Of a DNA stretch of 64,000 nucleotides, positions 26,801 through 37,906 are shown one piece after another. Source of the DNA: Malacoraja senta. Taxonomy: Eukaryota. The position numbers were made by a program, and so were the translations under genes. Position 1 is the stretch's first letter; each line of letters starts with the position of its first letter. The DNA lies in contig CM075978.1 in NCBI GenBank assembly GCA_038087875.1, positions 152,830,001 through 152,894,000 of the forward strand, written 5' to 3'. The notes beneath the pieces were generated by a model. It saw only the letters and a list, made by a program, of their open reading frames with translations. It made no database searches and had not been told where the DNA came from.

Positions 26801-27398
26801 TGACCTCTGTGTCTTGTCAATGAGACCCATCTCTTGCTTCCCTGACCCTAATACTGTGAAATGGCTGATTACGTTTCCACTCTGGTCTCCAGATTGGCTG
26901 ATTATTTATTCTCAGCTATTGCCCCGCTCTCTTTCAAAAACAGCATCACATCAGCACATCGTTCAGAAAACACCTTGACTCCTCTACGCTTCCCAACTAA
27001 TTTACAATCTCTCAATTAGAGCCTCCCAAAGTTGTGTCCATCTTACCCAGCAAGCCTTACTTGAATTCACCACTCAAAGTGTTGTCCCTGTTATATCAAA
27101 TGAAACATCCATAACCAATGTCATTGAGGTACCTGGTGCAGATTTGACTAAGGTACCTGGATGAGACCATGGTTGTTAAGCTCTTCTTTTACCTCTCTAG
27201 TCTCGCCTACAATGGAATTGCATACAATGGCCACATTGCACCTTTTCCTCTGGTGGGTTCAGCATCATCATCGAACAATATAGACCACTGATAACATCAA
27301 CTTTATCTTCCTACTAATTTTTACCCTTCATTTCTTCGAAATTCTCAGACTGTTTGTCCAACAGTCATAGAGACACCTTGCGTAGCTTGTTTAATGTT

Positions 27399-27580
27399 TA
27401 AGAAGGAACTGCTGATGCTGGAAAATCGAAGTTAGACAAAAATGCTGGAGAAACTCAGCAGGTAAGGCAGCATCTATGGAGCGAAGGAAATAGGCAACGT
27501 TTCAGGTCGAAACGTTGCCTATTTCCTTTGCTCCATAGATGCTGCCTCATCCGCTGAGTTTCTCCAGCGTTTTTGTCTAC
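27399..27580. mobile_element. Fold-back (inverted pseudo-LTR) PLE-derived mini-element
   Basis: Inverted arms of about 70 bp meet at aacgtttcaggtcgaaacgtt. Direct repeat cgtagcttgtttaatgtt at 27381-27398 and 27581-27598. Confidence 0.88.
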
Positions 27581-28211
27581 CGTAGCTTGTTTAATGTTGT
27601 CTTTGTTGATGAGAACTAGGGATCACTGAAGTGACACCAGTAAGTAGCGGATAGACACAAAATGCTGGAGTAACTCAGCGGGACAGGCAGCATCTCTGGA
27701 GAGAAGGAATGGGCGACGTTTCGGGTCGAGACCTTTGTTCAGACTGATGTCAGGGGAGTGGGCGTTACATAGATAAGAAATTGTATAGATAAGGCAGTGT
27801 AAGGTGTGAACACAGGACAAAGGGAATGGAGATCAAGGAAAATGTAGAATGTAGATCATTGTTAGTTGGGAGAAGGTAACAAAGTTGGATCTTTGTGCTG
27901 AACATTGCAAATGGTTGCTTTCTGCTGGCCTTGTGACATTTGTAGCCATATTTGTAGTCATGATCCATGTGATCCAAATGAGACTGTTCTACTAGTTTGA
28001 TGACTAAGGGTAAATAGTAAGGGAGCTGTAAAAATGTTTTCAATTTGTTGTGAATTTGAACTAAAAATGAATTCAGCATTTTTAAATGTATTATTTCAAA
28101 ATACACTGATTGCAATTATAATTCCTCTGAATTAGGGAACTTTTGTAACTGGGAGAGGGAAGGCTGTTGGTGGAATAGGGAGCACAAGGATATCTTTATA
28201 TGCCAGCATAA

Positions 28212-28568
28212 AGCCCCTGTCCCACTGTACGAGGTAATTCAAGAGTTCTCCTGAGTTTTCCCCTGATTCGAACTCGGAGAATGTCCGTAGCGGGTCCGTA
28301 GGAGTTCGTGGATGTCTCGTAGCGGCTCGTACGAGTAAAACGTAACAATTTGTTTCATCACGAGTATTTTTTTACTCGTGGACATTTTTCACAGTGTTGA
28401 AAAAACGTCACGAGTTTACCGGATTTCCCGAGTACCTACCGTTACTCGTACGAGCCGCTATGAGACATTCACGAACTCCGACGGACCCGCTACGGGCGTT
28501 CTCCGAGTTCGAGTTAGGGAAAAACTCGGGAGAACTCTTGATTTACCTCGTACAGTGGGACAGGCCCT
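28212..28568. mobile_element. PIF/Harbinger-type MITE, largely palindromic
   Basis: Long inverted arms cctgtcccactgtacgaggtaa...gagttctcc and ggagaactc...ttacctcgtacagtgggacagg. TAA/TTA flanks. Interior related to 1798-2192. Confidence 0.85.
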
Positions 28569-30325
28569 TTAGGGTTGCACCAGAATGATCTGCTGCATGA
28601 TGACACTGCAGAGTAGTCTGTAACCAGCACAACTCAGGGAGTGGATTACACAGGAGCTACAAAGTGAAATCACGGGACATGGAGATTACAAAGACCAAAA
28701 CAGATATTGATGCTTGAAGTCAAGACGGGCATTTATCATCAAGGTAGGCAAAATGAAATGGGAAATGATTGCCCTGTTGATGGCAATGTATGAAACTTTA
28801 TGAAATGGTGATGAATATAATCACTCTCCTGTGACCACCATGATATTGTTATACATTCAAAAGATACAATGATGTCCTCCGTCCACGTAATTAAATGTAG
28901 TAAGCTGTACATGTTGTGTCTTTCAGTGCTGAGAAATTGCTTGCAGTAGAAGTTCTGTAATGTACCTGTGCCAAGTCATTTGCATTTTGTGTGACTAAAG
29001 TCGATTGGGATTACGGTACATCTGATTTTGACTTTGACCCCATAAAAAGAGGCCAGATGTAATAAATATAGACTAGATTCTGAAGTCGGCAGGAAATGGA
29101 GTTAAATACAGCCCAGTAGTGCACAATGGAGCTGGCCTTGCCCCTTTCTCCTCAGCTGTTGTTGTTGTTGAGGTTCAGCTCTGTTTGGGGATTTTGATCA
29201 TTGTTAGGTCATAAATGTTAAAGCATCCGAGGATGAATCTTCTGAAGAAGGGTCTCGACCGGAAGCATCACCCATCTATCCAGAGATGCTGCCAGAGTTA
29301 CTCCAACATTTTGTGTCTTATCTATTCTTCAACACCATGTTCACTTTAAAAGGATAGTCCACTGCAATTAAATTGAATGCCCAATTCACCCTGTCAATTC
29401 CCCAAAGGAGAACACTTGATACTTTCCACTATTTACTTCCAAAGGGGACAGAATAATCTAGGCAAGGAAGTGATGAATAGATCATACAGGCAGCACAATC
29501 TAGACTGAAATTAAATGAAAGCTTATTGGTATCTAAGATGTTTAAGAAAGAACTTAGGGTCTTAAGAAAGACCCTAGGATCTCGACCCAAAACATTACCT
29601 ATTCCTTCGCTCCATAGATGCTGCCTCACCCGCTGAGTTTCTCCAGCATTTTTGTCTATCTTTGATATCTACGATATTCTGTTTGTGGAACGACTGTTTG
29701 GGAAGGGTGTTGTGCATTGTAAATGCACTGGTGAGAGATTGAAAGTATTGCTCAGGATAAGACCTTTTGTTTTTCAGATGCTTTGAGTATTTAGTAAGAG
29801 CACACACACTGTAGGAGCATTGGGTGGTGTCTGCCATAATTAAGCCACCGTGTATCAACCAACTGGATATAATTCTGAGTTTTTACAAGAATGTCTGAAA
29901 TTATCCACTGTAATGAGTTCATTGTGATTATTAACTGCCAATGCTTGGTCTCCATTTTGCTCACTGCAAAACTAAACAAGCGAGCTTCTGATGCTGGAGC
30001 AAAACGACACCTCACACAGCTCACACCTTGGACTACCAAACATGCACCACCGCTAATATACCTGCTTACCCACTTGCCGGAGACAAGACAAGAGACAAGA
30101 GACATTTTTTGTCACATTCAGTGGTGCAGTGAAATGTGTGGTCACCATACAGCCATACGACTAAAATAAAGAACACAGAACACGATAGTCTTTAACATAA
30201 ACATCCCCACACAGCGGAATCAAAGTTTCCCACTGTGAGGGAAGGCACCAAAGTTCAGTCCTCTTCCTCTGTTGTCCTCCACTAAAGACCCGACCCCTTT
30301 TACACCCATAATTGAATAATCTCTG

Positions 30326-30523
30326 CAGGAAGGAACTGCAGATGCTGGTTTACACTGAAGATAGACACAATAATGCTGGAGTAACTCAGCAGGTCAGGCA
30401 GCATCTCTGGAGAGAAGGAATAGGTGACGATTCGGGTCTGAAGAAGGGTCTTGACCCTTTTCCTTTTCTCCAGAGATGCTGCCTTACCCGCCGAGTGACT
30501 CCAGAATTTTGTGTCTATCTTTC
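30326..30523. mobile_element. Fold-back PLE-derived mini-element, subfamily B
   Basis: Inverted arms around a CTGAAGAAGGGTC centre. TSD tgaataatctctg at 30313-30325 and 30524-30536. Further subfamily B fold-backs at about 24670-24905 and 35953-36141. Confidence 0.82.
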
Positions 30524-31139
30524 TGAATAATCTCTGATCCATAAAGTAGTTTTTAAATTATTTTTACCCGTTTAGGTAATGATTACAATGTTTTACAATT
30601 TACCCCGACCTCTCAAGGTATAATTTTAAAAGGATCTCCTAAAACTATCAACAGTTGGCATTCACTCTCTTTGGCATGTTGTGTAGTCGTTGGTGGTCCT
30701 GAGCCAGGATTGTGATGTGTAGGAAGGAACTGCCTTCAGCCTCGGATGTGTAGGAAGAAGAGACACAGATGCAAAGGAAATTACTGCCTCAATTCTGCAT
30801 ATATTGAGAACCACAATGTGTAGCTCATGCTAAATAGGATAAAGGAGGCTGTTTTTAAGATCAATCAGTACGTGAAGAATAAAATGGTAGATAGGAAATA
30901 TGGACTGATTATGGTCAGTATGTGTAGGAAGGAACAGCAGATGCTGGTTTACAAAGATAGGCACAAAGTAACTCAGCGGGACAGGCAGCATCTCTGGAGA
31001 GAAGGTATGGGTGACATTTCGGGTCAAGAGCCTTCTTCAGACTGAGCCAGGTGGAGAGGCTGATACAGAGACAAGGAAGTGTAGGGTGTGAAAACGAGAC
31101 AAAGGGGATAGTGTTGAAGGATAATATAGAATAGTGGCG

Positions 31140-31750
31140 AGTCGAGCAGTCAGGCTGCCAGTTCAGGGAGTACTTTTCTGAAAGGTGGTTTCTTGTGTTC
31201 TGGGCCGCCTGTGGTGTCTTGCCAGTGATTCCTCTTGTCCTCTGACTTCTCTCCTCCCACTCGGCAGTGTGTTTAGGAGACTGGGCTGGCCCAGAGCTAG
31301 AGCTGGGGCTGGCCGCCCGCCCATCACATGGTGCCTGCTGACTGACTGACTGAGACTGACACTGGATCTGCGGACCGGCGTTGCAGCGGGTTGCGTCGCT
31401 GGCTGTTGTGGAAACACAGGAGCAACGCTTGCCGAGTGGAGATGAGCTGGCGGCGGAGAGATGGCCAGGTCAGCCAGTGATGGGGAGCCCGAGCAGCCGG
31501 GCGCCGGCTCCGGTGAAGCGCTGGAGCCGCAGGTTCTCCCCTTGGACGAGATCCTGAGAGCGTACGAGCAGCCGATCAACGAGGAGCAAGCGTGGGCTGT
31601 GTGTTACCAATGCTGCCGCTCTCTGCGCACACACTGGCCCCGGGAACAGGTGCGGGTTGGCCGTGTCCGGGAGCTCGCAGCCATCCTCCTGCACCGGGAT
31701 GGCACCGTGTCCTTCTGCGGGGAACAGAGGAGCTCAGCACCTGCAGGTAG
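31140..31750 (+). promoter_or_regulatory. CpG-island-like promoter, 5' UTR and exon 1 region of SPIRE2
   Basis: High GC and CpG density against an AT-rich background. GC-box-like CCGCCCGCCC near 31312. Confidence 0.6.
31461..31746 (+). CDS. SPIRE2: SPIRE2 (spire-type actin nucleation factor) coding exon 1, N-terminal part of the KIND domain
   Basis: MARSAS...[27 protein letters not shown]...ILLHRDGTV is the Spire KIND motif. Strong Kozak gagATGg and phase-1 donor CAG|gtaggg. The MAR start and adjacency to FANCA favour SPIRE2 over SPIRE1. Confidence 0.92.
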
Positions 31751-31762
31751 GGAGCAAAGCAG

Positions 31763-32302
31763 CAGCTCACCACATCACCCCTTCAACACCCAGTCCCAAC
31801 ACACTGACACAGCTCACCACATCACCCCTCTAACACCCAGTCCCAACACACTGACACAGCTCACCCCTTCAACACCCAGTCCCAACACACTGACACAACA
31901 TCACCCCTTCAACACCCAGCCCCAACACACTGACACAGCTCACAACATCACCCCTCTAACACCCAGTCCCAACACCCTGACACAGCTCACAACATCACCC
32001 CTCTAACACCCAGCCCCAACACACTGACACAGCTCACCACATCACCCCTTCAACACCCAGTCCCAACACAGCTCACAACATCACCCCTCTAACACCCAGT
32101 CCCAACACACTGACACAGCTCACCCCTTCAACACCCAGTCCCAACACACTGACACAACATCACCCCTTCAACACCCAGCCCCAACACACTGACACAGCTC
32201 ACAACATCGCCCCTTCAACACCCAGTCCCAACACACTGACACAGCTCACAACATCACCCCTTCAACACCCAGTCCCAACACACTGACACAGCTCACAACA
32301 TC
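31763..32302 (+). repeat. CA-rich minisatellite (46-bp unit with shorter ~38-bp variants, about 12 copies)
   Basis: Unit cacagctcaccacatcaccccttcaacacccagtcccaacacactga. An orphan copy lies at about 32628-32710. Confidence 0.95.
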
Positions 32303-32965
32303 GCGGTTTAAATGAATACTTCTCATCTTTATTTATAATGGAGATCATGGAAGCGAAGGAATTAAGGGAAATGAATGGAGTTTAGGAATGTTTCCACATT
32401 ACAATGGAAAAGGTGTTGGTGGCCTTTAAGTGCATAAAGGTGGATAAGTTCCCAAGCCTGACCAGGTATATCCTAATATATGGTGGGAAACCAGGGAAAA
32501 AATGGCAGCAGCCCTGGCAAAGATATTTGCATCATCTTTAGCCATGGGTGAGGTACGAAGGCTGGAATTGTGGTGATATTGTGTCTTTATTTAAAAAGGG
32601 TGAGGATACAGATGTGGGTGAAAAAATACCCAGTCCCATCACACTGATACTGTTCACAACAGCTCATCACATCACCCCTTCAACACCCAATTCCCACACA
32701 CTGACACTGTTCTATATACCACAATTAAACATAATTCCCAGGGATATAAATATTGGTTCCTCTAACTCACCCCTGTATTCCCCCCCTCTCTCTCCACCCT
32801 CCCCCACCCAAGTCACACCAGCTTCTCGTTCTCACCTGGCAAACAGCTAACAATGGCCTGTTTCCTTTATCATCCTTACTGTTTTGCATCTCTTTAATTC
32901 ATTTCTATATATCTTTCCACATTGGCGTCTATAATCACTCGTTTCCCTCTCCCCTGACTCTCAGT

Positions 32966-32994
32966 CTGAAGAAGGGTCTCGACCCCGAAACGTC
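32966..32994 (+). ncRNA. Minimal hammerhead ribozyme core motif (putative), sense strand in SPIRE2 intron 1
   Basis: CTGAAGA-A-GGGTC-TC-GACCC-C-GAAA-CGTC inside the PLE-derived element at 32755-33090. Confidence 0.65.
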
Positions 32995-33825
32995 ACCCAT
33001 TCCTTCTCTCCAGAGATGCTGCCCGTCCCGCTGAGTTACTCCAGCGTTTTGTTTCCATCTTCGGTGTAAACCAGCATCTTTCCTACACACCAAAGATAAA
33101 ATCCCACCGATCAAATTAGCCAGTGGTGATCAGAAGCAAACGAGACCTAGTTTACAGCGATCTGCTTCTTCAGCCCCAGACATGATAGACGATAGCGATC
33201 CAGTTTTGGGGCCATTGGCTTGAGCGGCTTGACATTCATTCGCCTCGTTAATGCATCCGCTGCGCAGTACTTTACAATGGAGCTGAAGGAAGTGGAACCG
33301 CCGAGTCAAACACGGGTTCATCACTAGCTCCATGTGTGTACCACCACGCAAAGCAAAATATTGCCCGACATCACTGAGTGCCATGCATAATTCAAGCGCA
33401 GATTATTTTCAAACCAATTTCATACTTCAGGTTCCAGTGATTTCACTTCCAAGGATGTTTGGATTCCTAAACGCAAATGGATTTTTAACATGTAAATTAA
33501 TTGTTACTTCAATCTGCCAAAATTGACTCAGCATTTAAAATTCTTGATTCTATAAATCTTAGGCAGGGAATATATATATATATTTTTTAATCCAACTGTT
33601 TATTTTTTCTTAATTGATCTTTTATTTTTAATGTTGTGATATAAATGTTTTGTATCGATTTATTTTAATCTTATTAAACATTTATTTAATGTTTTTTTAA
33701 GAGATTTTAAGAGAATAGTAGTCCAGGCCAGCTCTTTACCCGAGTAGAGACCCAAGAAGAGATAATTTATGTGGAAGATCAGAGTTGTTTTGAAATGCTT
33801 TTGAAAATTATTTGTTCTCTTGAAT

Positions 33826-34125
33826 AACCATATAACCATATAACCATATAACAATTACAGCACGGAAACAGGCCATCTCGACCCTTCTAGTCCGTGCCGA
33901 ACACGTATTCTCCCCTAGTCCCATATACCTGCGCTCAGACCATAACCCTCCATTCCTTTCCCGTCCATATAACTATCCAATTTATTTTTAAATGATAAAA
34001 ATGAACCTGCCTCCACCACCTTCACTGGAAGCTCATTCCACACAGCCACCACTCTCTGAGTAAAGAAGTTCCCCCTCATGTTACCCCTAAACTTCTGTCC
34101 CTTAATTCTCAAGTCATGTCCCCTT
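33826..34125 (-). mobile_element. CR1-like LINE 3' end with (ATATGGTT)n tail
   Basis: KFRGNMRGNFFTQRVVAVWNELP. Tandem ataaccat repeats at 33825-33850. Confidence 0.85.
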
Positions 34126-34164
34126 GAATAGGTTGTTGTTATAAATTATATATTGTTTAAATAT

Positions 34165-34660
34165 TGTTGACAAGAGCTGGAAAGGGTACAGAGAAGATTT
34201 ACAAGGATGTTGCCAGGTCTAGAGGGTCTGAGCTATAGGGAGAGGTTGAGTACGCTGGGACTCGATTCCTTGGAGCGCAGGACGATGAGGGGTGATCTTA
34301 TGGAGGTGTATAAAATCACGAGAAGAACATATCAGGTAAATGCAGAGTCTCTTGCCAAGAGTAGGGGAATCGAGGACCAGAGGACATAGGTTTAAGGTGA
34401 AGGGGAAAGGGTTTAATAGGAATCTGAGGGGTAACTTTTTCACACAAAGGATGGTGGATGTATGGAACAAGCTGCCGGAGGAGGTAGTTGAGGGAGAGTC
34501 TATCGCAATGTGTAAGAAGCAGTTAGACAGGTACATGGATAGGACAGATATGGAAGGAAATGGGCCAAATGCAGGCAGGTGGGACTTGTGTAGTTGGGAC
34601 ATGTTGGCCAGTGTGGGCAAGTTGGGCCCTCGGGTCTGTTTCCACACTGTGACTCTATAA
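34165..34660 (+). mobile_element. CR1/HER1-like LINE 3' fragment
   Basis: LERVQRRFTRMLPGLEGLSYRERL, RTRGHRFKVKG...FFTQRMVDVWNKLP. Same family at 49765-50225 (-) and 35480-35690 (+). Older CR1 pieces at about 6590-6845, 7400-7900, 32310-32600, 41760-42540 and 59560-60960. Confidence 0.88.
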
Positions 34661-34824
34661 CACAGTTTGGGATTTAAGTATGGACACAGTTTGGGATTTA
34701 AGTATGGAATGGAGCTTAATGCGGTGGTACTTGTTATGTAACAGATTCACTCTCAGCAGGATTTGTGCTGCCCAGTCTAGGATGGCTGTACATCTGTTTG
34801 TGCATTTAATCCACCATGACTTGG

Positions 34825-35127
34825 AGTTTAGAGATGCAGCCCCATGGCCCATTGAGACCATGCTGACCATGAGTTACCTATTCACACTAATTCCACATTA
34901 TCCCACTGTCTCATCCACTCCCTACACACAAGGGCCCAGGTTTTTTTTCTTCCACATTAACTTCCATACCTGCATATCTTTAGGATGTTGGAGAAAACCA
35001 GAGCACCCAGAGGAAACCCACGTGGTCACAGGGAGAACATGCAAACTCCACACAGAGAGCACCCAAGATCAGGATTGAACCTGGCGTTGTGAGGCAGCAA
35101 CTCTACAAGCTGTGCCACAGTGCTGCC
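34825..35127 (-). mobile_element. Older V-SINE
   Basis: V-domain and tRNA-like head on the minus strand. Similar older copies at about 25940-26130, 51900-52120 and 55540-55860. Confidence 0.75.
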
Positions 35128-36561
35128 CTCATTTTGTTGACTTGCTTTGAGACTCCTGTCACTGATGCATTGAAAAATAACCACAAAGAAGTCTGTAGGG
35201 ATGACACATTTAACTTGGCCTTTAATTTCTTAAGCCGTACACTGCACCACCTTGCCCATTTACGGTTGCCCTTTCTGATAATACTCCAAACTTGAACCTT
35301 GCTGATGCCAAGAAGAAACAATAACTCATCTGTGCAATGGAAATCCCCAGCAACCTGCCACGGACTCTTGCAGCCTATTCAAGAGTATTGTTGCCAGAGA
35401 ACTGTGTGCATTGCTGGCCTCTTGGCAGCTGGATGTCTGGGAAACAGGAAGGAAATAAATAGATTCCATCCCCTGGAAAAAGAGTGGTGGGTGTATGCAA
35501 CAAGCTGCCGGAGGAGGTCGTTGAGGCAAGGACTATCCCAACATTTAAGAAATGGATAGAACAGGTTTGGAGGGATATTGACCAAATACAGGCAGGTGGG
35601 ATTAGTTTTGCTGGGACATGTTGACTGGTGTGGGCGTTGGGCTGAATAGCCTGTTTCCATGCTGTAACACTCTATGACTCTGTGACTCTATGAAAATTCA
35701 AATTATACTCCTTAACTCCAATTCTTCACTTTGCCGCCTGCATTATGGAATTGCATTGTTAAGCATAGTTGTTTCCTTCAGCTCTTGACAATGAATTTTA
35801 AAAAAAAGGTAAAGTTATATATTTTTAATGGCATTATTTGGAGCAATGTATTAGCATCCTGACACATGGTTCAATGGTTACGATCAAGTTTGTGCGATAG
35901 ATTTGGAGTCTGAGGTTTTCAAAATTCTGCTAACCCAACTCCAAGAAAATGATGTGTAGGAAGGAACTGCAAATGCTGGTTTACACCGATAGACACAAAA
36001 TGCTGGAGTAACTCAGCGGACAGGAGGCGTCTCCGGATAGAAGAAATGGGTGATGTTTCGGGTACTTCGCGTTCTTGACCCAAAAATCACCCATTCCTTC
36101 TATCCAGAGATGCTGCCTGTCCTGAGTTACTCCAGCATTTTGAAACTGTCCAAGAAAAGGATTCTGCAAAATGGACTAACGTTGGAATTTCAACTGCGCG
36201 TGTATTTCTATGTTTTGCCGTTTACTCTGGAATGTGGATTCTGGTATTTCTTTATGTAAGGTCCACACAGAAACCATGGCATTAACAAATATTGCCAATT
36301 GAAGTGGAAGCCTTATTAATACCAAACAAGTGACAAAACTAATTCACCCATGAATCTCTAGTTTACATCTTCTTTTGTTATGGATATTGCATCCGTACAA
36401 CTTTGTTCTTAAGTGTGAGTCAGTCAGTGTTCGATGTCCTCTTGTTTATATGTTCATCAGTGATGCCCTATAATAAGAAAATCTTCTTCACATATGTAAC
36501 TTTTGGCAAAATTTGTAAAAAAACGGTTGATTCACACTCATTATCCTGGAACTAGTATATA

Positions 36562-37890
36562 CTAGACGAAGTGGGTTGGGTCCCAGCATCACACGGGAGG
36601 GCTGGTCCCAACGCAATATTCCTCCTCTCCACCAATTCCAATATTGGTGGGCAGTGGGGAGGGGGAAGATAGGGGGGGGGGGCTTTCTGGAGCACTAGTA
36701 TGGGTGTTGTGGGCTGAAGGGACTGGTTTCCAGAGGGTTAGTATGGACATTGTGGGCCAAATAGATTCTTGTGCTGGCGGCTCAGTCACTCAAGCCTGTT
36801 GTGCTGGCAGCTCACTCACTCACGGCTGGTGGGCTGGCAGTTGACTCACGGCTATTCCTTTAAATTCCATTTCAAGCAGGGTGCAAAGCCACCAAATTCA
36901 AGTGCAGTTTCTTACCACTTCAAGCAGGGTGCAAGGCCACGAAATTCAAGTGCAGTTTCATACCATTTCAAGCAGAGTGCAAGGCCACTAAAGACAGCGA
37001 GTCGTGACCTCTCCCTCCTCCATCTTGCAGAGACTGAACCACGCCCACACTTCTGGGTTTTATAATCCCTCCCCCTACTACCAGAAGGGGCGTGGCCTTC
37101 ATGGCATGATTGGCAGGAGAGAGAATCTCAACATTTTTTAAACACTAATAACTGTTTTATTTTTCATCGATGGGAAAAATCCTCAGCACCTGATGAGCGG
37201 AGGGGGACTCTGAGTAAGATGGCCAAAAATCACAGCCGTACGTGGTAGTGTTTTTTCTAAAATTAATATAAAGCGCAACAGGAAGTGGTCAAGATTAGAC
37301 TTTTAATTATATAGAAGGCAAGGCAACTTTAATTAGGCAAGGCAACTTTAATTAGGCAACACAGCTTTAGCATTTCCAAAGCAGAGGCAACACAGCTTTA
37401 GCATTTCCAAACCAAAGGCAACACAGCTTTAGTATTTCCAAACCAAAGGCAACACAGCTTTAGCATTTCCAAACCAAAGGCAACACAGCTTTAGCATTTC
37501 CAAACTATATTTTCAAACCACATTAAGGGCACTGACAGGTCAGTAAAACCACTCACAGTTTAGTAGACATGTGTTCAGTGTTATTCACAGCTCAGACTGA
37601 GAGACGTGACCCTCTCGCTCCCCCATCTTGCAGAGACTGACTGAGGCACTCAACACTTCCGGGTTTTATAGTCCCTCCGGAAGAGGCGTGGCCTTCAGGA
37701 GAGAGAATCTCAACATTTTCTAAACACGAATAACTCTTTTATTTTTCATCGATGGGAAAAATCCTCTGGTCCTGCGCAGCGGAGGAGGACTCTGAGTAAG
37801 ATGGGCCAAAAATCACAGCCGTAAGTGGCAGCCTTTTTTTCTAAAATCAATATACAGAACTGGAAGTGGTCAAGATCAGACTTTTAGTTA
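36562..37890 (-). mobile_element. Non-autonomous Helitron-like element on the minus strand with a duplicated 5' module
   Basis: The 3' end cacttcgtCTAG|t matches the plus-strand element end cacttggtCTAG|t. 5' TCTATATAATTAAAAG at 37315. 37003-37310 is repeated at about 37605-37890. Confidence 0.65.
37316..37505 (+). repeat. 31-bp minisatellite (about 5 copies) inside the Helitron-like element; a 48-bp array of about 2.5 copies lies at 36865-36990
   Basis: ggcaacacagctttagcatttccaaaccaaa in tandem. Confidence 0.9.
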
Positions 37891-37906
37891 TCTATCTATC
37901 TATCTA

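Noticed and set aside
31747-32006. C-terminal half of the 181-aa ORF as part of SPIRE2
   Set aside because: It lies after a good donor at 31746/31747 and is translated minisatellite.
31763-37505. Regularly spaced 31-48-bp repeats as CRISPR-like arrays
   Set aside because: Head-to-tail tandem units with no unique spacers, no cas genes, and a vertebrate context.
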